64,000 nucleotides of DNA from the human T2T-CHM13v2.0 reference genome, Homo sapiens, in assembly GCF_009914755.1 (NCBI RefSeq), contig NC_060929.1; one strand, written 5' to 3'. A program made the position numbers and the translations under genes. The notes under the pieces were generated by a model. The model was not told the origin of the DNA and searched no databases. It worked only from the letters and a program-made list of their open reading frames with translations. Within the stretch, counting starts at the first letter, position 1. Each line of letters starts with the position of its first letter. Below are positions 24,790 to 48,784 of this stretch, in pieces.

Positions 24790-25460
24790 GGAGGGAGAGT
24801 AGTTGGAGCCCAAGCTGAGGGACTCGGCTTCAGCCTTCTCGAACTCCACAGCCCGACCGCGTTCTCCGCTCTCGGCGCTGTGGTTCTCTCTCGGACACCG
24901 TAAGTGGTGGTGCCGCAGCGACGTCTGGGAAATGAAGTCCGGAGGGACAAACGCTGCGGTTCAGCCAGGGAAACCCGTCGGCTCTCCGGCGCGCAGGCGC
25001 AGTTGCGCCCGGCAGCGACGGGAAACGTCTCTGAATTAGGTGTTCCGCTCGCCTCTTGTGCGGTGTGGAGCTGCGCGCCCCCCGCCGAGGCGGGCCCAGG
25101 TACAGGCTGCCGGTGAGGGCGGGCCCGGGGCGTGCGGCTGCCGCGGCGGGACCAGGACGAGGGCTGGCCTCTGCGCGTGTCTGCCGAGTCCCCGGCTCCG
25201 GGCGTCCGAGCCGGGGCGGCCTCGGCAGGTGAACCCGGCCCCGGAGGGGGCGTGGCCTGGGAAGGGCCTGGCGGAGGCCGGGAGGGCGCTTCGACGCCGC
25301 TGGACTCCTGGGCCGCAGCCTGGGCCGGACTCCGGGGGAAACGGCTCCAGAACAGAAACTGCAAAATGCCGCCTCGGTTCAGGGTCCGGAGCCCTCCGGG
25401 CGGTTTTTCGCTCTTAGTGTTTGTGGGTTTAAGCCTCCCCCTACTCCGTTTCCCGGAGTT
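24790..25460 (+). promoter_or_regulatory. ZNF879: CpG island / promoter and non-coding first exon of ZNF879
   Basis: CpG-dense GC-rich block; ZNF143/SBS-like tgggaaatgaagtcc (24926-24940); NRF1-like gcgcaggcgca (24991-25001); candidate donors cag|gtacag (25100) and ccg|gtgagg (25113). The TSS cannot be fixed from sequence alone. Confidence 0.85.
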
Positions 25461-26199
25461 TAAACTTTAGATTTACTCGTTTTTGGCAGTCTTGCACGTT
25501 TGGCAGTGTTTTCCTACAGCCAGTCCTAGAGTGATTTAACTATTTCTTTTTTTATTTACCGTAACCATGTCCACTTGCTACGTTTCTTCCCATTTCTCTA
25601 AATTTTAAATCAATTTCTAGCTAGTGATGCTGTTTTCTTGCGCCCTTGTTTTTTTGGGGCCAGGGAGAATGGGTAACGCTACCTTTAAGCAGCTTTGATA
25701 ACTGTTTTTGATAAAGGAAGTAAATCTTACAAGAGGAAGAAAAGAGGACTAATTTTTGGTTGGCTGTTCCTAAAAAAGAGCATCAGTTCTTCAACTGCTG
25801 TTTTTCGTATTGAACAACATCCAAGTGCAGATGTGTGGAATATTGTGTCATTTCCTATTACTTTATCTGAATGAGCCTTGCCTGATTCTGCCCTTGACCC
25901 TGTTAAGGCACGGCAGATGGTCTTCATCCCTTCGCTCCTTTCGTCTTTATCGTAAAGCACTGGCAGAAAGGTAGCAGGCCCGGTGACTCTGAACCTGCTT
26001 CCCACACTGGTTTAAGTGGCCGGACTTAGGGCCCCTCTGGCCTGGGCAGTTCCAGGCTCCTTCTCTGCAGGTGCTCAGCTTATGGCTTCTAACCTGGTCT
26101 GGCCTAATGAGGGTGGGCATGCAGGCTGGATGAAAAGACCTCACAGCTTTTTTCTCCATTCCAGGTGCCTTCTCCAAGAGAGGCAGCAGGGAGGGAGAA

Positions 26200-26232
26200 A
26201 TGGCAAGGAGGTTGCTGCCAGCCCATGTACAG
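26200..26232 (+). CDS. ZNF879: ZNF879 first coding exon (MARRLLPAHVQ); exon starts at 26165
   Basis: Pyrimidine-rich acceptor ttctccattccag ending at 26164; ATG in gaaATGg context; donor CAG|gtgagt, phase 0. Confidence 0.88.
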
Positions 26233-26406
26233 GTGAGTGAAGGCTTCTTTTTGCTTGAACTGCCTTCAGGGTCTAGACGTGGTAAACTTCTTCATCTGTT
26301 GTTGAGCTTCTCTACCCAGTGAAGCTCAGGGAAGGACCAGAGGGCTTGGTAGCTGAGAAACTCTGGAAGGAAGGTGTTTCCCTTGCCTCAGAGCCTGTCT
26401 CATGCT

Positions 26407-27990
<1,584 letters not shown>

Positions 27991-28643
27991 TGACTCTCAA
28001 GAAGGGGAGATGGCCCTAGTTCAGAGCAGTAACATGCCATCCAGTGAAGGAGGAGAGAGATAGAAGAACAGGAGCTTCTGGGGTGGGGAGGGAGACTACT
28101 GACCATAGCCTTCTCCTCTGGCTTGAAAGGTTATGTAGCCCACCACCTGGGACCTCTCCTGACACAGCCATGCCTGGAACATTCTCATAGCCTTCCCTAC
28201 TGTGAATGTCAGTGTCATCTTTCCCAGGACTCATAGAGATGGCCCGAGTTGAGGCAGAACTAGGACTCAGTGACCGCCTTTCCCAGCAAGCCTGGTGGTG
28301 TTCCACCTATATCTCCCTCAGTGAATGTGCTGGTGCCTCCTTCCGAAACCTGACTGTCAGGTGTGACCTGTAAGATGAGGGTTTGGTCTAGGTGATCGGA
28401 CGTTTCCAAATCTAAAGTTCAGTGTTTTCTTGCTCTGATTTTGTTTCATGGGTTCAAGTGCTTCTCTTGGTTGGCCTCTGTGTTCAAGCTTCCTGAGGGG
28501 ACGGTGTTTCACTCACCATAGGTAAATGATAAATGTGTGCTTGGTAACTGAAAAGTTGTCCAGAAACACTTGAAATACTTAGAACCCTAAGTTGTGACAG
28601 GGTTGCTTCTCAGTCTTCTCGTTGTGGGGACAGTCCTGGATGA

Positions 28644-28811
<168 letters not shown>

Positions 28812-29226
28812 TGATGCAGAATCTGCCAGGAGAGCACCTTAGCACCCTCAGGGGGCACATTTGGAGGGCTTGGCCAGGTCGGCTCACAGGTGGGCTCCAA
28901 GAGTGGCCATTGCCATTCCCCTTGGTTGTACGGAGAGACCTTGGCTTAGTAGAGTTGATGAAGGGGTCTTTTCTCTGCTTTTCCTGTCTTCTGCCCACTG
29001 AGCTCTGTTCCCTGAGCCCCACAGGGTGTTCCTGCTGAGAGGAGTGCACAACCAGAGCCCTGACTTTCTTCCTGGGACCATCTCCTGGTTGTCCTCTAGG
29101 AGCCCAGTTTGAAGCCTCTCAGAACAAACCTCCTCCTTCCCTGTACTGCCCCTCTGCCCTGGGCACTCTGGGGCTGGACCCGCCTGCTACGATGGCCGCT
29201 CACGTTTCTTTCTTGTTCATGAACAG

Positions 29227-29322
29227 GGATTCTCTTTTCCAAGCCAAAGGTCATCTCCCAGTTAGAGCAAGGAGAAGACCCCTGGATGGTGGAGAGTGGA
29301 GTTCCCCAAGGCGCACATCTCG
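29227..29322 (+). CDS. ZNF879: ZNF879 KRAB-B exon
   Basis: 96-nt exon, (G)[31 protein letters not shown], bounded by aacag and gtgagt, phase 1/1. Confidence 0.95.
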
Positions 29323-32049
29323 GTGAGTGACAGAGTAATTGGGAGATGGGCATAACATTTTCCCACTGCCAGGGCACAGCGAGGAGGCTGCGCTCAAGGG
29401 TCTCCTTGATGTGCCAGGCCAGGGGGAAATGCTGGGAAGGTAGATCCTTTCTCTTTTGATTACTTGATCCATCATGTTCAGAGGAGGGTTGAATTCTCCC
29501 AATATGGGTTGCACTGTTTTCAGATATCTTGTAATTTGCAGAATATGTAATACAGTATATCATGTGTAAAGGTTTATAATTCTTTTATCTTCCTTTATCC
29601 TTGCTTTTACTGGATTGATTCTTTTCCTAAATTATTTTCCTTAGTGGCTTGAACATTACATTGTTTTTTTTTAATCACTACAATACATTCCTCATAGTTT
29701 CATCTTGGAACCATCTTTTGCTTTGATTTCTTTGGTGTACAACTTAATTATACATGGTTCAAAAGGGGGAAAAAAGCAGATATATGTGTATGTATTTACA
29801 TACATGAAAGAGGGAAAGAAGGTGTGACAAACGGTAACAGTTACGGAATGTGAGTGGGCTTCCGGATACTCATCACGCTATTCTTCTCTTTTCTGTGAAA
29901 ATTTAGAAAATAATGCATCCCAGATCCCAGCTCCTAAGGCATGTCACTTTTTCCCTATACGCCCTTGGATGACTGCATTATCAGCTTCCGCATTCATTCT
30001 CCTGTGAATTCTGTCTATGCTTCTGGCAGTAGAGGAGGCCTCTGTTGAGCTTTACCACGTGTCTGGTGTTTTTTTCTCACCTGGGCAGGGCGTGGGCTTT
30101 CTGGGCCAGTTCACTTTTGCGTTTCCATTCGTGAACTCTGTCTTCACATTTTTCCCTTTGGCTCGACTAGAATATTTTCTTGGGTAACGGTTTTCAAAAA
30201 AGGTTCATGTGTGCAATATCTGTACGTGTCAAAAATCAGTTGTTTTTTTCTCTCCTCTGAGATTTGTTGTTTTGGATCTAGAATTCTGGCATCTGTTTTT
30301 TTTTTTTTTTTTCCTCTCTGCATTGTCCAAACTGCTCCACTGTCTTTGGGCATGGAGTGCTGCTGACAAATAATCCCATTAGTCAGATTCTATTTCCTGT
30401 ATAGGTAACTTGTTTTTTCTTTTCTGTCTTCTCTTTGGAATCTTACAGGACATCATCTTTATCTTTGGAATTCAGACTTTTCATTAGGTTATATGAAAGA
30501 GTATTTTTTTTTCTTTGTTCTTTGGCACTTTACTGGCCTCTTTGCTTTGAAGATTCAGTCCTTCCTTTCATTTCAGGGATCTTTTGTTTCTGCCACATTC
30601 CACCAACAATGTGAGGCAATTGACTGCAAGAGTAGTGATACAATAAAATAGAAATTCAATCAGACATCTAGAAAATAAATAGATCTGTAGTAAGGACCAG
30701 AATGGTAGCTATAAATGAGTTTCAAATTTCGCTCTGAGCTTTCTGGTTGGCAAATAAATCATTGGTATCACATTGTCAGTGTTGTTTTACAAGCATTTTT
30801 AAAAATTAATTATTTTAAATTTGTACAAATTCTACATGCTGTTGTAAAAATAGGAGCAAAAAAAAGTCACCTGGAATTTTACCAACTATGATCAATTATT
30901 GTTGTTTATTACCCATTCAAACTGCATATTTGCTTAAATGTGTTTGTGTGTGAGAGACAGACACAGTGAGAGAGAGATACAGAAAGATTGATTATACAGT
31001 TTGTTCTTGATCCTGTTTTAATTGTGAATGTCATTCAGTTATTCAGCCCTCAGTGAATAGAGGCCTACCTCATTGAGAGGACTATATTGTATGTTAAGCC
31101 AATTAAACAGTCTTCCTTTTGGAAATTTTAGTTACCAGTTTTTCTCTGTTACTAATATTGCTAAGATGGTTATGGGAATACAAAGCCATAATATAAAGAG
31201 GCAAAGGTACCAAGAGTAAATCATCACAGTACAAAGACATGAGTATTGTGATTGAAAAGGCCAGGCATGTGGATTAAAAATCCACAAGGGATTTTTTGAA
31301 GCACTATTCAACTTCATTAAATTAAAATCAATGAAATTCCAACGAAGCACAAGTCACCATTTTTCCCTTATTACCAAGGATTAAGAAATAGATACCCAAT
31401 GTGTTGCCACTGCTGTGAGTGATAAGCAGTATCGTTAGTGGGACTGCAACTGGTAGTCTTTCTGAGGATGGTCTGGTTTTATTAAAATCAATTCCAAGTG
31501 TAGAAATGTTAAGATAATTTCTGCACAGATAACTGTGCAGAGTTACAAAGATGTTGTAAAAGAATGTTTGTTATAACATGAGGCATCACTGCCACAAAAG
31601 GAGGAGGGTAAATGACTCTCAAAAAGGGATTTAGTAAATGATGATGTTTTCATGCATTGGACATATTATATTGCCATTAAAATGATGATGTCAGCCTACA
31701 TTTATTGACATGGAGAGAAGCTCATGATTTTTAAGTGAAATGGAGGTAAAGGAAGCTTAATTTCAATCCATTTTAATTTTTTAATTAAGTGATTTTTTAT
31801 ATGCAGAAAATTCTGGTGAGCTATGTCCCACATATGATAGTGATTACAATTGCATGATGTATTTATGGGTGAGCTATGTGTTCATTTTTATAGTTTTCTG
31901 TGTTTTTCTTATAATGATGATATATTTCTTTTGTAGTTAAGAAAATAAAAGCTGTTTCATAAAATACAAAAGGAAATACATTTCTTTTGAATCAATGATT
32001 CCATTTCTTGTACTGTATCTTAAGTAACCAAAAAGGTAGACAAAAAATT

Positions 32050-32960
32050 ACTCTCAATAATGTTCTTTTCTCCCAGTATTCCCCAATATCATGATAATGG
32101 TGTTGGTGTCCATTGAGTTGCCCAGACCAAAAGCTAGGAGTCATCCTTGAGTCCCCTCTTTCATTGCCTCTGCGCTCTATTCGTAGGTGAAGATACCTGC
32201 CAGTGCTACTTGCAGAACATCCCAGATACGCCCACCTCTTTCCGTCTCTTATCACCACATGCCAGTGTCAGCCACCACCATCTTCATCCAGGAAGAGTGC
32301 AGCGGCCTCATTGCCTGTTCTGCAGCTGCCCTTGTTCTCTTTCTCCCCGGCCCCATTACAGTTTGTTTTTCATATAGCAACCAGAGTGATCCTTTTTAAA
32401 CAAAAACCACATCATTTCATGTCCCTTCTAGCCCTCAGTGATGCTGATGAACTTCCAATATCTTCCTGTATCCTAGAAAACGCTCCACAATATAGCCTGG
32501 CCCACCTCTTTTCCTCATCTGTGACACTCTCTTCTTGTTCACTCTGCTTCAGCTATCATGGACTGCTATATGTCCTGGAAAACAGGAAGCTATTCCTGCC
32601 TAGGGCCTTTGTGTTACTGTTCTTTCTGACTGGAATCACCTTTATACCCTAATTTTTGTCTGGCCAGCGCTTGTTATTTAGATCTCATCTTTAATTTCAT
32701 TTTCTCATCACCCAGTTTAAAATAGTTGCCTATTCACTCTTATTACACAGTGCTTCGTTCGTGTTTTCTTACAGTTCTCATTGCTCCTTTGTACTGCTGT
32801 TGATTTGTTACTTGGTCATTGTCTGTATCACACTGCTGGAATGAAAACCTTGAGAGTAGGCCCTTGTCTGGCTTGTGCCCTGTCATTCTCAGAGTCTTAA
32901 CGTTTGCGTAGCACACAGTAGGCACTCAGTAGGTATTACTTGAGTAAGTGGATGCCATTA
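32050..32960. mobile_element. L2 LINE remnant
   Basis: ccagagtgatctttttaaa-like, agggcctttg and cacagtaggcactcagta motifs typical of the L2 3' end. Confidence 0.7.
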
Positions 32961-33359
32961 TTTACAGCATTCTGAGGAGGCCTAGAGCAGCACTGCTTGA
33001 CATCCTGTGTTTGGCGGAGCTCTTCTCTTTCATTTAATTTTAGCCCCTCTGCAGTTTTTCCCTTGGTATTTACCTGAGTGCACTGGTAGCTGCCCTGGGA
33101 GATGACGCTGAGGGACACAGGCTGTGTTCAGAAGGGCCTCATAGCCTAGCGAGCTGTGCTTTGTTAATAGATCGAGCCTGGCTCTTCCTGTTGTCCCCTA
33201 ATTTCCTCAGCCCACCTATATGTAGGTTTCTTCAGACCCTTCCCACCCACATGTCTGTCATCCTGCTTCCTTCCTCCTCTTCTTTTTCCCATCCTTTTCT
33301 AAGATTTCAAGGCTTTATATTTTTTAACTATCCTTGTGCGTTTTTATGTCACTTTTTAA

Positions 33360-34838
<1,479 letters not shown>

Positions 34839-35526
34839 GAAAAACTGTATAAATGCATGTAGGAACTGAAGTTATATTCCATACTGAGTATCAAAAAATT
34901 CATTGTGGGGAGAAAGTGATGAAGAGTAGTTAATCATAGGTAAAACTTCAGCATTAGACCTCATCACACATCAGAGACTTCATGATGCAGGGTAACCTTG
35001 GGAATGCTAGAAAAGCTTCTATAAAATGTTTATTCATATGTTCTTAAGTTATTACCATGAAATGGAGAATTTTTAAGATTGCAGGGTTAGTATTTGATTG
35101 TCTAGTGATGTACGATAACAGCCACCAGCTTTCCTGAGCATCACTGGGAAGCCTGCTGTTTATGTACAAGTACAGCCATAAAATCCAGACACAGATAAAT
35201 CTAGGAATCTATTTTTTGAAACTATTATGCAAGCCAGTGGTACTAGAAAGAATGTTTTAGAAAAGAAATATGTACAGGTGACCCATAGCTACCTCACTGT
35301 CACTAAAATGTTTTTTAATAATCTTAAAGCAGATTCTGCACTTCATGGTAAAGACTTTGAATTGTTTCTCTGCTTTCTAAGCCATTCACCTGAGAAGAAA
35401 ATCACTCCATAAACTATGCAGACGTACTGTCTTTGCGTTTTCTTCCTGACTACTTGTTCCAAACTCTGAGTCAGATCTAAAGTCACTTTAAGTCACAGAA
35501 CGCATGGTATTTCACTTGTTTTTCTC

Positions 35527-35556
35527 ATTAAAAGTGATTACCTTTGCTGTATTAAA
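35527..35556 (+). terminator. Candidate polyadenylation signals (ATTAAA x2) for ZNF879
   Basis: ATTAAA at 35527 and 35551, about 700 nt after the stop; usage not demonstrated. Confidence 0.35.
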
Positions 35557-36120
35557 TTGATAAGTAAAGGTCATTCAGACAACCACTGCTTTTGCAATTT
35601 ACTGAAAAATGTTATAAATTATCTCAGAATGTAGCCAATAGCAAGCACAGCTCAGCTCCCAGGGTCTGCCTGCTTCTGTGAGCTTTCTGGTTACCAGCCA
35701 CCAGAAGGCCCAGGAACAATGTAGAACTCAGGTCATCATCCTTGGAGGTAAAATGAACCAGATGATTTTCACCCTTACTTCCACTTTTTCGCCTTCATCA
35801 GACAAGGTTCACTTTCTCCCCACACTCTAAAGGTCACTGGGCAAATATTTAGGCTCTGAGTTCAGATACTCTTTCTTCCAGCAAATGGACTTACACTCTT
35901 CAACAAGTGATTTAGCTCATTTCAGCATTTCTAAAATGTGAATCATAAGATTAGCAAGCTAAAAACAGTTATCTCACAAGTCAAAATTGTTGGGCTTTAC
36001 AGAGGCTAACATCTAGTTTAGCCAAGTTTATCAGGAGGGGGCAAGCACTTAAGGGCTGAAACGACCCATTTCATAAAGTGCTAAGTTTTTCTGCCAAGGA
36101 ACTTTAAAAAATAGAAAACT

Positions 36121-41315
<5,195 letters not shown>

Positions 41316-41795
41316 AACTTGATCCTCTAGTTTCATCCATTGATGACACTTGATTTAATCACTTATTATAATTGCTTCCAAATGAAGATTGTGTAATTCC
41401 ATTGTTTCTTCTACACTTGTTAATTGGCTTTCTGCTTTGAAGAAGAGTTTTATATTCTCTGTATATGTGTGTTTCTATGATTCTGGAAGCATAGTTTTCT
41501 ATTTTATTCAATGGCCTGTAATCTGTTAATATCAATTATTTATTTTGATGCTGAAGTTGTCCCAGGATTGGCCTTTGGGACTCCCTTTAGGCTGATTTCT
41601 GTGTCCTTTCTGTTACAACAAGCTTGGGATTATATCCAAGATTTGTAATTCCAGCGTGCGTACTTCTGTCAGTGTAAGCAAAGTATGATTTTTGGACTAG
41701 ATGACTTGGGCGTTGTCGGAGAGGTGGAGTTTAGAGGTATTCTCTGTTTTTCCTATAGGATCTTGCATTTCTTCCTCTTGGTGCTTGTCTCTTTG

Positions 41796-42299
41796 TGTTG
41801 GGAACAGGCCTCTCAAAATCTGGCCATAAACTGGCCCCAAAACTGGCCATAAAATCCCTGCAGCACTGTGACATGTTCATGATGGCCATAACGCCCACAC
41901 TGGAAGGTTGTGGGTTTACCAGAATGAGGGCAAGGAACACCTGGCCCGCCCAGGGCAGAAAACCGCTTAAAGGCAGTCTTAAGCCACAAACAATAGCATG
42001 AGTGATCTGTGTCTTAAGGACATGCTCCTGCTGCAGGTAACTAGTCCAACTCATCCCTTTATTTTGGCCCATCCCTTCATTTCCCATAAGGGATACTTTT
42101 AGTTAATCTAATATCTGTAGAAACAATGCTAATGACTGGCTTGCTGTTAATAAATACATGGGTAAATCTCTGGGGCTGTCAGCTCTGAAGGCTGTGAGAC
42201 CCCTGATTTTCCACTTACACCTCTATATTTTTGTGTGTGTGTCTTTAATTCCTCTAGTGCTACTGGGTTAGGGTCTCCCCGACTGAGCTGGTCTCGGCA
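41796..42299 (+). mobile_element. MER9 solo LTR (HERV-K HML-3)
   Basis: TGTTGGGAACAGGCC...GGTCTCGGCA termini, internal AATAAA, 5-bp TSD CTTTG. Confidence 0.88.
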
Positions 42300-43926
42300 C
42301 TTTGATGTGTGGATTCCCCACCACTACCTTTCTGTTAGGAATTCACCTGAGGCATGACCTTCCTGTGGCTGTCTCCTCACATTCTGTGTGTACTTTATCA
42401 AAATGCAAAGTGATAAAATACACATAACATAAAATTTACCCTTTCACCCATTTTTAAATGTACAATCTATTTCCAGATCTTTTCATCATTTCAAACAGAG
42501 ACTCTGTACCCATTAAGCAGTAACTCCTCATTTCCTCCTTCCCAGTCCCTAGTACCTTCTATACTGCTGTCTGTATGAATTTTACTACTCTAGGTATTTC
42601 TTATAAATGGAATAATACAATATTTGTTCTTTTATATCTGGCTTATTACATTTAGCATATGTCTTCAAGGTTCATTCATGTTATAGCATATGCCAGAATT
42701 TCCTTCTTTAAGGCTGAATAGTATTTATTTTATGTATATACCACATTTTGTTTATCCATTCATTGGTTGACATTTGGATCATTTGCACCTTTCAACAATT
42801 GTGAATAATGCTGCTGTGACCATTGGTGTACAAGTACCTGTTTGACCCCCTGCTTTCAATTACTGTCCCTGTAGTTTTGCCTTTTACAGAATGTCATATA
42901 AATGCAAAACCCATGTCATGCCTGTGGCAGGAGGTCTCAGAGCCACCGGCTTGCCAGTGTCTGCTTTGTGATGCTAATGATACAGACTATGGATGAGAGA
43001 AAATAAGCTATAGCATAACTTCAATTTATTTTAAGCAAATGAATTTAAAGACACAATTATAACATTGTAGGTTTTTCATGACCCATTCAATGAATTTATA
43101 CAGCTGTGTTGGAAAGACCCAGATAGAACTTACCTCCTTTGGCTTCTGTATTTCAGCACCATCCTTTCTGCACATCTCTTCATGAAGGTCAGTTAGTTCT
43201 TTTTCCCAAAAAACTGTTTGCAATCACTCTTCATTGTGTCTGTGCAATTCTGATCTTCCTTTAACCTTTTCAGTGTATATAGGACAGGAAAATGTCAATA
43301 GCTTACTACAGGTTTCTGTCATCCAGGTGGAAGTCATGTCAGCATGACATTATAAACAGTGTTTAAAATGTCACTGTGTGTGTTCCCCAAGTCTAGCTAG
43401 TCCATCAGCCCTGACCCACATTTATACAGGAATGGACATCATTAAGATGATCACCTGATCAAGAGGATAAGGTTAAAGAGGAGCTGTGATTTGATTTTGA
43501 ACACAATGCATATACTTTGCTTTAGCCTTTCAAATTCCTGAAGATTGGTTAGGAACAACTCCCATTTATCCTTTTCTATAATTTTCCTTTTTTATTTTCT
43601 CATTGTGAAGGAGAGGAAGGCAGGGAAGGAGAGACATGGGGAGGGTGAGGAGGGAAGTAGGGAAACTCATTTGAGCCTCACCACATTGGACCCAGGGCCT
43701 GCTGGATCAGGTTAGTGGGTTTTTGACTACTGGATCAATGCTGTACACAAAGTGTAGATTTTTTTAATGTAGATATTTATTGTTTAAAGAACAAACCACA
43801 TTAGAAAGTGAGAGAATATTCCTTTCAGAAATTGGATTCTGTAAGCTTGAAATATAAACTTAAAGAGTCCTCCCAGAACATAGAGGAAAGTACAAAGAAT
43901 TAAAATATAAGAACATCAGATATATG

Positions 43927-44300
<374 letters not shown>

Positions 44301-44466
44301 ATAATGAAAGCTATACATGAAGTCTAGCAATTTAATATATTGCTAATTTAAAAAGGCAGGAAAAAATAGAATGGAAGCCTTATCCTTTTTTGTGTCTCAC
44401 AAAAATAATGGAAAAAACCTGATTGCTGGATATAGGAAATTAGAAATACTTAAAGATACAGGAAAC

Positions 44467-44857
44467 TGTAAGAATTAAAGAGGAAAGAAACGCGAAAGGT
44501 GGCTTGACAGTCAAGGACAGATTTATTTTAGAGAAACAAACCTGAGAGGGGCTGCTGGCCGAGTTAGGTCAGAGCCCACTTTCTTATAGACTAAAAGTTT
44601 TTAAGGATTCAGCATGGAAAGGCCCACTGTTTTACTGGGGCCCATTGTATGAGGGTGAAGTTTGGAAGTTACCCAAGAGACTTTCCCCGCCACCTCCCTC
44701 TGTGCCTGAGCTGTCTTTTCTGTGTTTTACTGTCTGCTGTTTCTGGTTCCTTGTAGTTAGAAGAGAAGTGATTTCCTTGAAATGCGTGAGGCTAGAAAAG
44801 GAGCTGGAACTTCAAGTGCCAGCGTTTGTCTGAGATGGTGGTGCTACTGCTCTGTCA
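44467..44857 (-). mobile_element. MER61-like solo LTR (ERV1)
   Basis: Reverse strand begins TGACAGAGCAG..GCACC..CATCTC and ends CTTACA; flanks gaaac / aaaac form a near-TSD. Confidence 0.75.
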
Positions 44858-44949
44858 AAAACAGGAACAAAAACCCAATTTTTAAAAGCCCATGTAGGGA
44901 ATCAAACAAAAAGATTACCTACAAAAGTAGAAAAATTAGCCTCAGATTG

Positions 44950-46247
<1,298 letters not shown>

Positions 46248-47523
46248 GATTTCCCCATAAAATGAAGAGGGGCCTGTGGAATAGAGCCTCTGTATTTCTG
46301 TCATTCCACTCCTCAGACATTTCATATTTCCTCCTTTGCACAGTTATCTCCCAAACAAAAATCTTGAAGAAACACACTTTTCAGGCAAATGAGAGAGTAC
46401 AAAGAAAAAGTCGACTGTGACAGTGTGAAAAGAAACAAATACAAAGACCAAAAGAAAAACAAAACTAGGAAAGTGGTAGAGGAAGATTCATGGCTTATAA
46501 AGACACAAGTTAAATATAAACTTAATTATAAATAAATATAGATTATAAAACTCAAGGAACCTACCAGAATTCATAGTTGAAAAAGAAAATGGAACATGCA
46601 AATGTGAAAATCGGATACTTATGGCTGTAGACTACTAGCTCCTACTATTAAATCTCTAAATGGGTCAGAGAGGAAAGTAAATTTGCATTTAGTTTAGTGT
46701 ATAAAGGAACTCAGAAGATTTAGGTTAATTTAAAAATTTTTAATAATTGTAATAATAGAGTAGAAAGAATATTTTTAAATAATGTAATATAATTACCAAG
46801 ACTATTTGAAAAGAGTAAATATACCTTATAGTTGAAAAAGCATATTCTGAATGTTTTTAACATCCTTTTCCATATTTGACTTTTGAGCTTTTTACAGTTC
46901 TTTTTGTTTTGGGGGGTCTTTTTTGGTTCTTGTTGCTAATGGTTAACCAGGGCCTGCTTGAAATAACAAGCCCTTCAGTGTACCACCTACAAGTTTGTGT
47001 ATGCGTTTGCATTTATGTAAAGTGTGTATAATCATGGAATTATAACAAAAAGGAAACTCATCAAAAGTTAACGATGCCTGTTAGGTGCTGATATTACCCG
47101 TAATAAGAAATGTGATACTTATCTTTTTTATGACTCTGGACTTACCTATTAATTATGATAAACCTATATTATATAAACATAGCATTCACATCAATGGCTG
47201 AAATGGAATTGTAGCAAGAGAAAATTGACTATTTTCGAATATTAATAAAATTATTTTTTATAAGCATAAATTCAAACCTTTTATGTGGGTTCTTTTGGAT
47301 TTCCATTGTTTTAAGAAAAATAATATAGTTGATAAATTTTTCCACTCTTCATACATTTCATATTTCTTCCCTTGCATGGTTATCTCCCATACAAAAATCT
47401 TGAAGAAACACACTGCTTTTTTGCTGGGAGACTAAATTTTATTCATTCTTCTTATTTTCTGATAGATTGCACCTGCTGTGTGTGTCTCATTCAAACAAAT
47501 TTAGATATCACTTAAGGAAGATC

Positions 47524-47822
<299 letters not shown>

Positions 47823-48784
47823 TAAGATTTTGTAATTTAAACTTTCCTCTTTTCTACACTGTCTGTAGTACAATATCTTATGATAGCAAGATGACAGATT
47901 TTTTTCCCCTGGCTTACCCTAATCTCTTTATAAATATCTGCACTGTTGATTTTCAGCCCAGTCATGCCCTGATGCCTGGTAATGGCCAAGAAGCAGGAGA
48001 AACTTCTGAGCAGAGGAGCCAGTTAGACAAGGCTTAACCCTGGCCGTCAGTGAGATAACAGTTGAGAATTTTCATAAAGAGTTTAGACAGGCCAAGCTAA
48101 GAATGGAACAGACGTGCTTCCAGCTCTGAGCGCTGTGCTCACTAGCCCTTTGGGGCTGCTTTTTCCCCAGCCTCAGGCAGTTTCCTCACATACACATGCT
48201 GATCAGGGCTCAACTGAATCCTCAAGGTGTGGTCTCCAAAATCCCCTGGATCTCTGTCTCTGCAGCTCTCTCCTCTCTGGCACTCTGCCCTGTGAACTCA
48301 AGCTGTCTTGAATTTCCCAGACTCCCAGCTTCATCGCGTCAATCCAGGAAAACCACTGGGCTCTGTATGGGTTCCTGCTACCTGAGCTTGATCCAGACAT
48401 GACTCTTTGGCTTCCTGTTTCCCAGGATTTACTGTCCAGCATCTTGAGTGTCATCATTTCATTCTTCCTTCCAGGATTTTTAGTTGCTTCAGGTGGGAAG
48501 GTAAATCTGGACCTTGTTTCTCCAGCTTGACCATTGGTAGTTCCAGGATCATAGCTCATACTTTTATTGACAAGATGCTCATTTTAAAATGCAAGTTAAC
48601 GTTCCGAATATATGTTGGGGTAAAAACTCTTTATGTGCTCTGTTAGTTGGAATTCAACAATTGCCTTGGCCTCCCAAAGTGCTGGGATTACAGGCATGAG
48701 CCACCGCTCCTGGCCCAGCTTTTTTTCTTATTGTAAGGACAGGAACGATAACTTCCAAGCTCTTTACATACAGACCAGAAGTCT

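Noticed and set aside
24765-25470. GC-rich ORFs up to 199 aa over the first CpG island
   Set aside because: Stop codons are scarce in GC-rich DNA; low-complexity Pro/Arg/Ala/Gly translations with no domain.
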